A stretch of DNA of 17,683 bases from an uncultured Coriobacteriaceae bacterium (GTDB lineage Bacteria; Actinomycetota; Coriobacteriia; Coriobacteriales; Atopobiaceae): the NCBI GenBank assembly GCA_902766445.1, contig CACXDP010000262.1, forward strand, positions 1 through 17,683, written 5' to 3'. Both the position numbers and the translations under genes were made by a program. Shown in pieces: positions 15,567 to 17,683 of the stretch; the first letter of the stretch is position 1, and each line of letters starts with the position of its first letter. The notes below the pieces were generated by a model that searched no databases, was not told the DNA's origin, and worked only from the letters and a program-made list of their open reading frames with translations.

Positions 15567-17231
15567 TTAACTGGTGGCTTCAACGTTCGCGGCGCCACCG
15601 CTGCCGCCACGTCCCCTGCCACCACGACGCCGACGGCGACGCTTGGGAGCATCCGTTGTCTGTCCCTCACCCGTGGCTTGGCTCGCGGTCCGCTGCTGCT
15701 GGGCGCTTTGTCCACCCTTGTCGCCGGGACGACGACGGGGCTTCGGCTGCGTCGATTGGCCCTGACTCTGCCCTTGGCCTTTGCTCTGGCTCTGACCTTG
15801 GCCTTGGCCCTGAGCCTGTGTGTTGGCAGAGCTCGAGCGATGACGACGCCTGCGACGACTCGTGCCACCGGATTCCTTTGGCTGTCCATCAGAGCCACTA
15901 CCTTGCAAAGACCTATCGCGTGCAGCATTTGCCTGGGCGCTACCAGATTGCGTCTCTACGCCTTGCGTACCGGCGGCATCCTGGCCTTGGGTCGCACCTG
16001 AACGACGACGACGGCGACGCTTGCTTTGCCCTTCCTCCTGTGAGACCACATCATCCCGCGTAGGCAACGCCTTCGGAGCAAGCCTCTCCGACGTCTCCGT
16101 CGACTGCGCACCGGAGCGTCTGCGGCGACGACGTCTCGCATTGCCCGATGCTTCCGCCTGCTGCTTCTCTACCGCCGGCTCTTGCGCTTCTGATCTACCC
16201 GAGCCATTCGAACCGCCCGAGCGACGGCGACGCTTGCGAGGCTTCGTCTCCGCAAACAAATCCTCCGTCTCGTACTCCTCATCCTTGACCACGCCCATCT
16301 TGCGGTCGAGCTCCGCCAAGGCCATCTGCACGTCAGGAGAACTGAGTTTGTCGAGCGACGAGCGCAGCACCGTGTCGGGACGGCATGGACAGTGCAGCTC
16401 CTCGGACTTCTTGACTGCGGCATCCGAAGTCACCATCTCGCCAAGCGGGATGCATACGGTCTTTCCGTTCTCGATGCGCAGGACCAGCCGCTCCTTGGGC
16501 GTGTCGTACTCGACAATCTTTGCCTTGCCGAGCGGGGTGTCGATGACGGCATTGCGCTTGGGGGCACGACTCTTGAAGTCGCGGTATGCCTCGAACTCGT
16601 AACGCAGACAGCACATGAGTCGACCGCATGCACCGCTGATCTTGTTTGACGTGAGGGGCAGGTCCTGCTCCTTGGCCATGCGTATGGACACCGGCTCGAA
16701 CGAAAGGCCTATGCGCGCGCAGCAAAGCTCCTGTCCGCAGTGGCCGAAGCCGCCCACGACGGCCGCCTCTTCGCGCACGCCGATCTGCCGCATGTCGATG
16801 CGCTCGTGTAACTCATGGGAGAGACTGCGTACGAGCTGACGGAAATCTACGCGTTCGTCAGCCGCAAAATAGCAGACCACGCGTTCCCTGCCAAAGAGGT
16901 ACTCTACGCCGACGGGCTTCATGTCGAGCTCGGACTCCTTGACGAGCCGTCGGAAGGTCGGCATTGCCTCCTCGCCCTTGCGCGCAAGGTCCTCGGCCCG
17001 GACGAAATCACCCTCCGAAGCCACGCGAAGCACGGGCTTGAGCGCAGAGTTGGTCTTGCGTCCGAGGTCAGCACCACTCACCTCGAAGGGGTCTTCCGTA
17101 GCGAGACCTATCTCGGTCCCACGCTCGGTGGAGCAAATCACATGGTCGCCCTCCACCGCGCCGGTCTGACCTGGATCAAACCACAAATCGCGCGCGGCAT
17201 AGGCAAACCTTACCGGTATGACGGTTGCCAT
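15567..17231 (-). CDS. ricT: PSP1-domain protein RicT/YaaT homologue with a roughly 230-aa Arg/Gln/Gly/Ser-rich disordered C-terminal extension
   Basis: The N-terminus MATVIPVRFAYAARDLWFDPGQTGAVEGDHVICSTERGTEIG matches YaaT (VIGVRFKKAGKIYYFDP...). A cysteine cluster GHCGQELCCARIG...GACGRLMCCLRYE is present. The C-terminal half has six poly-Arg tracts (RRRRRR) and QGQGQ runs. The gene lies immediately downstream of a delta-prime-like gene, as in the Firmicutes holB-yaaT synteny. Confidence 0.8.
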   Translation of the reverse strand: MATVIPVRFAYAARDLWFDPGQTGAVEGDHVICSTERGTEIGLATEDPFEVSGADLGRKTNSALKPVLRVASEGDFVRAEDLARKGEEAMPTFRRLVKESELDMKPVGVEYLFGRERVVCYFAADERVDFRQLVRSLSHELHERIDMRQIGVREEAAVVGGFGHCGQELCCARIGLSFEPVSIRMAKEQDLPLTSNKISGACGRLMCCLRYEFEAYRDFKSRAPKRNAVIDTPLGKAKIVEYDTPKERLVLRIENGKTVCIPLGEMVTSDAAVKKSEELHCPCRPDTVLRSSLDKLSSPDVQMALAELDRKMGVVKDEEYETEDLFAETKPRKRRRRSGGSNGSGRSEAQEPAVEKQQAEASGNARRRRRRRSGAQSTETSERLAPKALPTRDDVVSQEEGQSKRRRRRRSGATQGQDAAGTQGVETQSGSAQANAARDRSLQGSGSDGQPKESGGTSRRRRRHRSSSANTQAQGQGQGQSQSKGQGQSQGQSTQPKPRRRPGDKGGQSAQQQRTASQATGEGQTTDAPKRRRRRRGGRGRGGSGGAANVEATS

Positions 17232-17683
17232 TCGAGTGCCTCCTTGACACAGAGAAGCATGACCTCGAGGGCCAGCTGAGGTGTTACGTTATGGGCAAGG
17301 TCGCTCGAGGCCGCGTGGCACGCCTCCAAGGCCCGCAGCACGCCTGCAGTCGTCGCGTCATGCGCAATGCGCTCCACCGAAGAGCGCACGTCCTCGTTGA
17401 CGATGGGCTCCAATGCCCCCTCGCAGCAGAGGAGCACGTCACGCAGGAAGGACTCGGCCGCCGCAAGTGCCTCTATCATAGCCGAACGCTCGCGTGCAGA
17501 CAGCTCTCTGCGCACGACATCCTCAAGTCTCTTGAGCATGGCGGGCGTGTAGTAATCCTCTTGACCTTGCGCGCGACGCTTCGTCTCCTCCGAGATGACC
17601 TTATCGCGCTTGAGTGCGGCCTTCCCGCGTTGGCGAAGACCCACCGATATCTGTACTTCTTCCACGAGACCTTGCGCCGCCTG
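17210..17683 (-). CDS. holB: DNA polymerase III delta-prime subunit, C-terminal part (partial; 5' end lies beyond the window)
   Basis: The frame is open to the window edge (QAAQGLVEEVQISVGL...). The C-terminal helical domain carries the NVTPQLALEVMLLCVKEAL motif typical of clamp-loader delta-prime and DnaX domain III. It sits directly upstream of ricT/yaaT with a 22-bp overlap. Confidence 0.55.
   Translation of the reverse strand, partial: QAAQGLVEEVQISVGLRQRGKAALKRDKVISEETKRRAQGQEDYYTPAMLKRLEDVVRRELSARERSAMIEALAAAESFLRDVLLCCEGALEPIVNEDVRSSVERIAHDATTAGVLRALEACHAASSDLAHNVTPQLALEVMLLCVKEALEWQPSYR

Noticed and set aside
15426-16602. Several overlapping ORFs on both strands within the ricT 3' half (15426..16001 +, 15533..15928 -, 15862..16602 +)
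   Set aside because: The region is low-complexity (cgN)n/(gcc)n-type sequence encoding the poly-Arg tail, so every frame stays open. The frame contiguous with the PSP1 domain is the real one.

Overview
The window is a high-GC (roughly 60-65%) bacterial chromosomal segment whose composition and gene content suggest an Actinobacteria/Coriobacteriia-type genome. Almost all coding is on the minus strand. From left to right the window contains the following. (1) A lower-GC LPXTG-anchored pilin-like surface protein gene with a long leader. (2) A YciA-type acyl-CoA thioesterase. (3) A tightly packed minus-strand gene string with stop/start overlaps and strong RBSs. A COG4260-like SPFH/band-7 protein with a triple C-terminal zinc ribbon comes first. 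After it come a 4-TM coiled-coil membrane protein, a 650-aa protein with a TM hairpin, two paralogous approximately 300-aa proteins, a beta-helix (bactofilin-like) protein and a Qnr/MfpA-like pentapeptide-repeat protein. Apart from the SPFH and pentapeptide members, I cannot place these in a named family. This string is the best candidate in the window for an undescribed system. (4) A BrnT/BrnA-like toxin-antitoxin pair with an ATGA overlap. (5) A HerA-like DUF853 P-loop ATPase with an in-frame 3x33-bp tandem repeat. (6) A conserved holB - ricT(yaaT) - rsmI housekeeping neighbourhood that carries three oddities. Two long palindromes decorate rsmI; one of them is a perfect 31-bp-arm palindrome translated in frame. 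A cytoplasmic GH5-like gene with apparently degenerate catalytic motifs sits between ricT and rsmI. The RicT/PSP1 protein carries a roughly 230-aa poly-arginine disordered tail. No rRNA, tRNA or CRISPR array is evident. Many long plus-strand ORFs in the track are antisense shadow ORFs typical of high-GC DNA. All functional calls are from motif and family recognition by eye without database searches.
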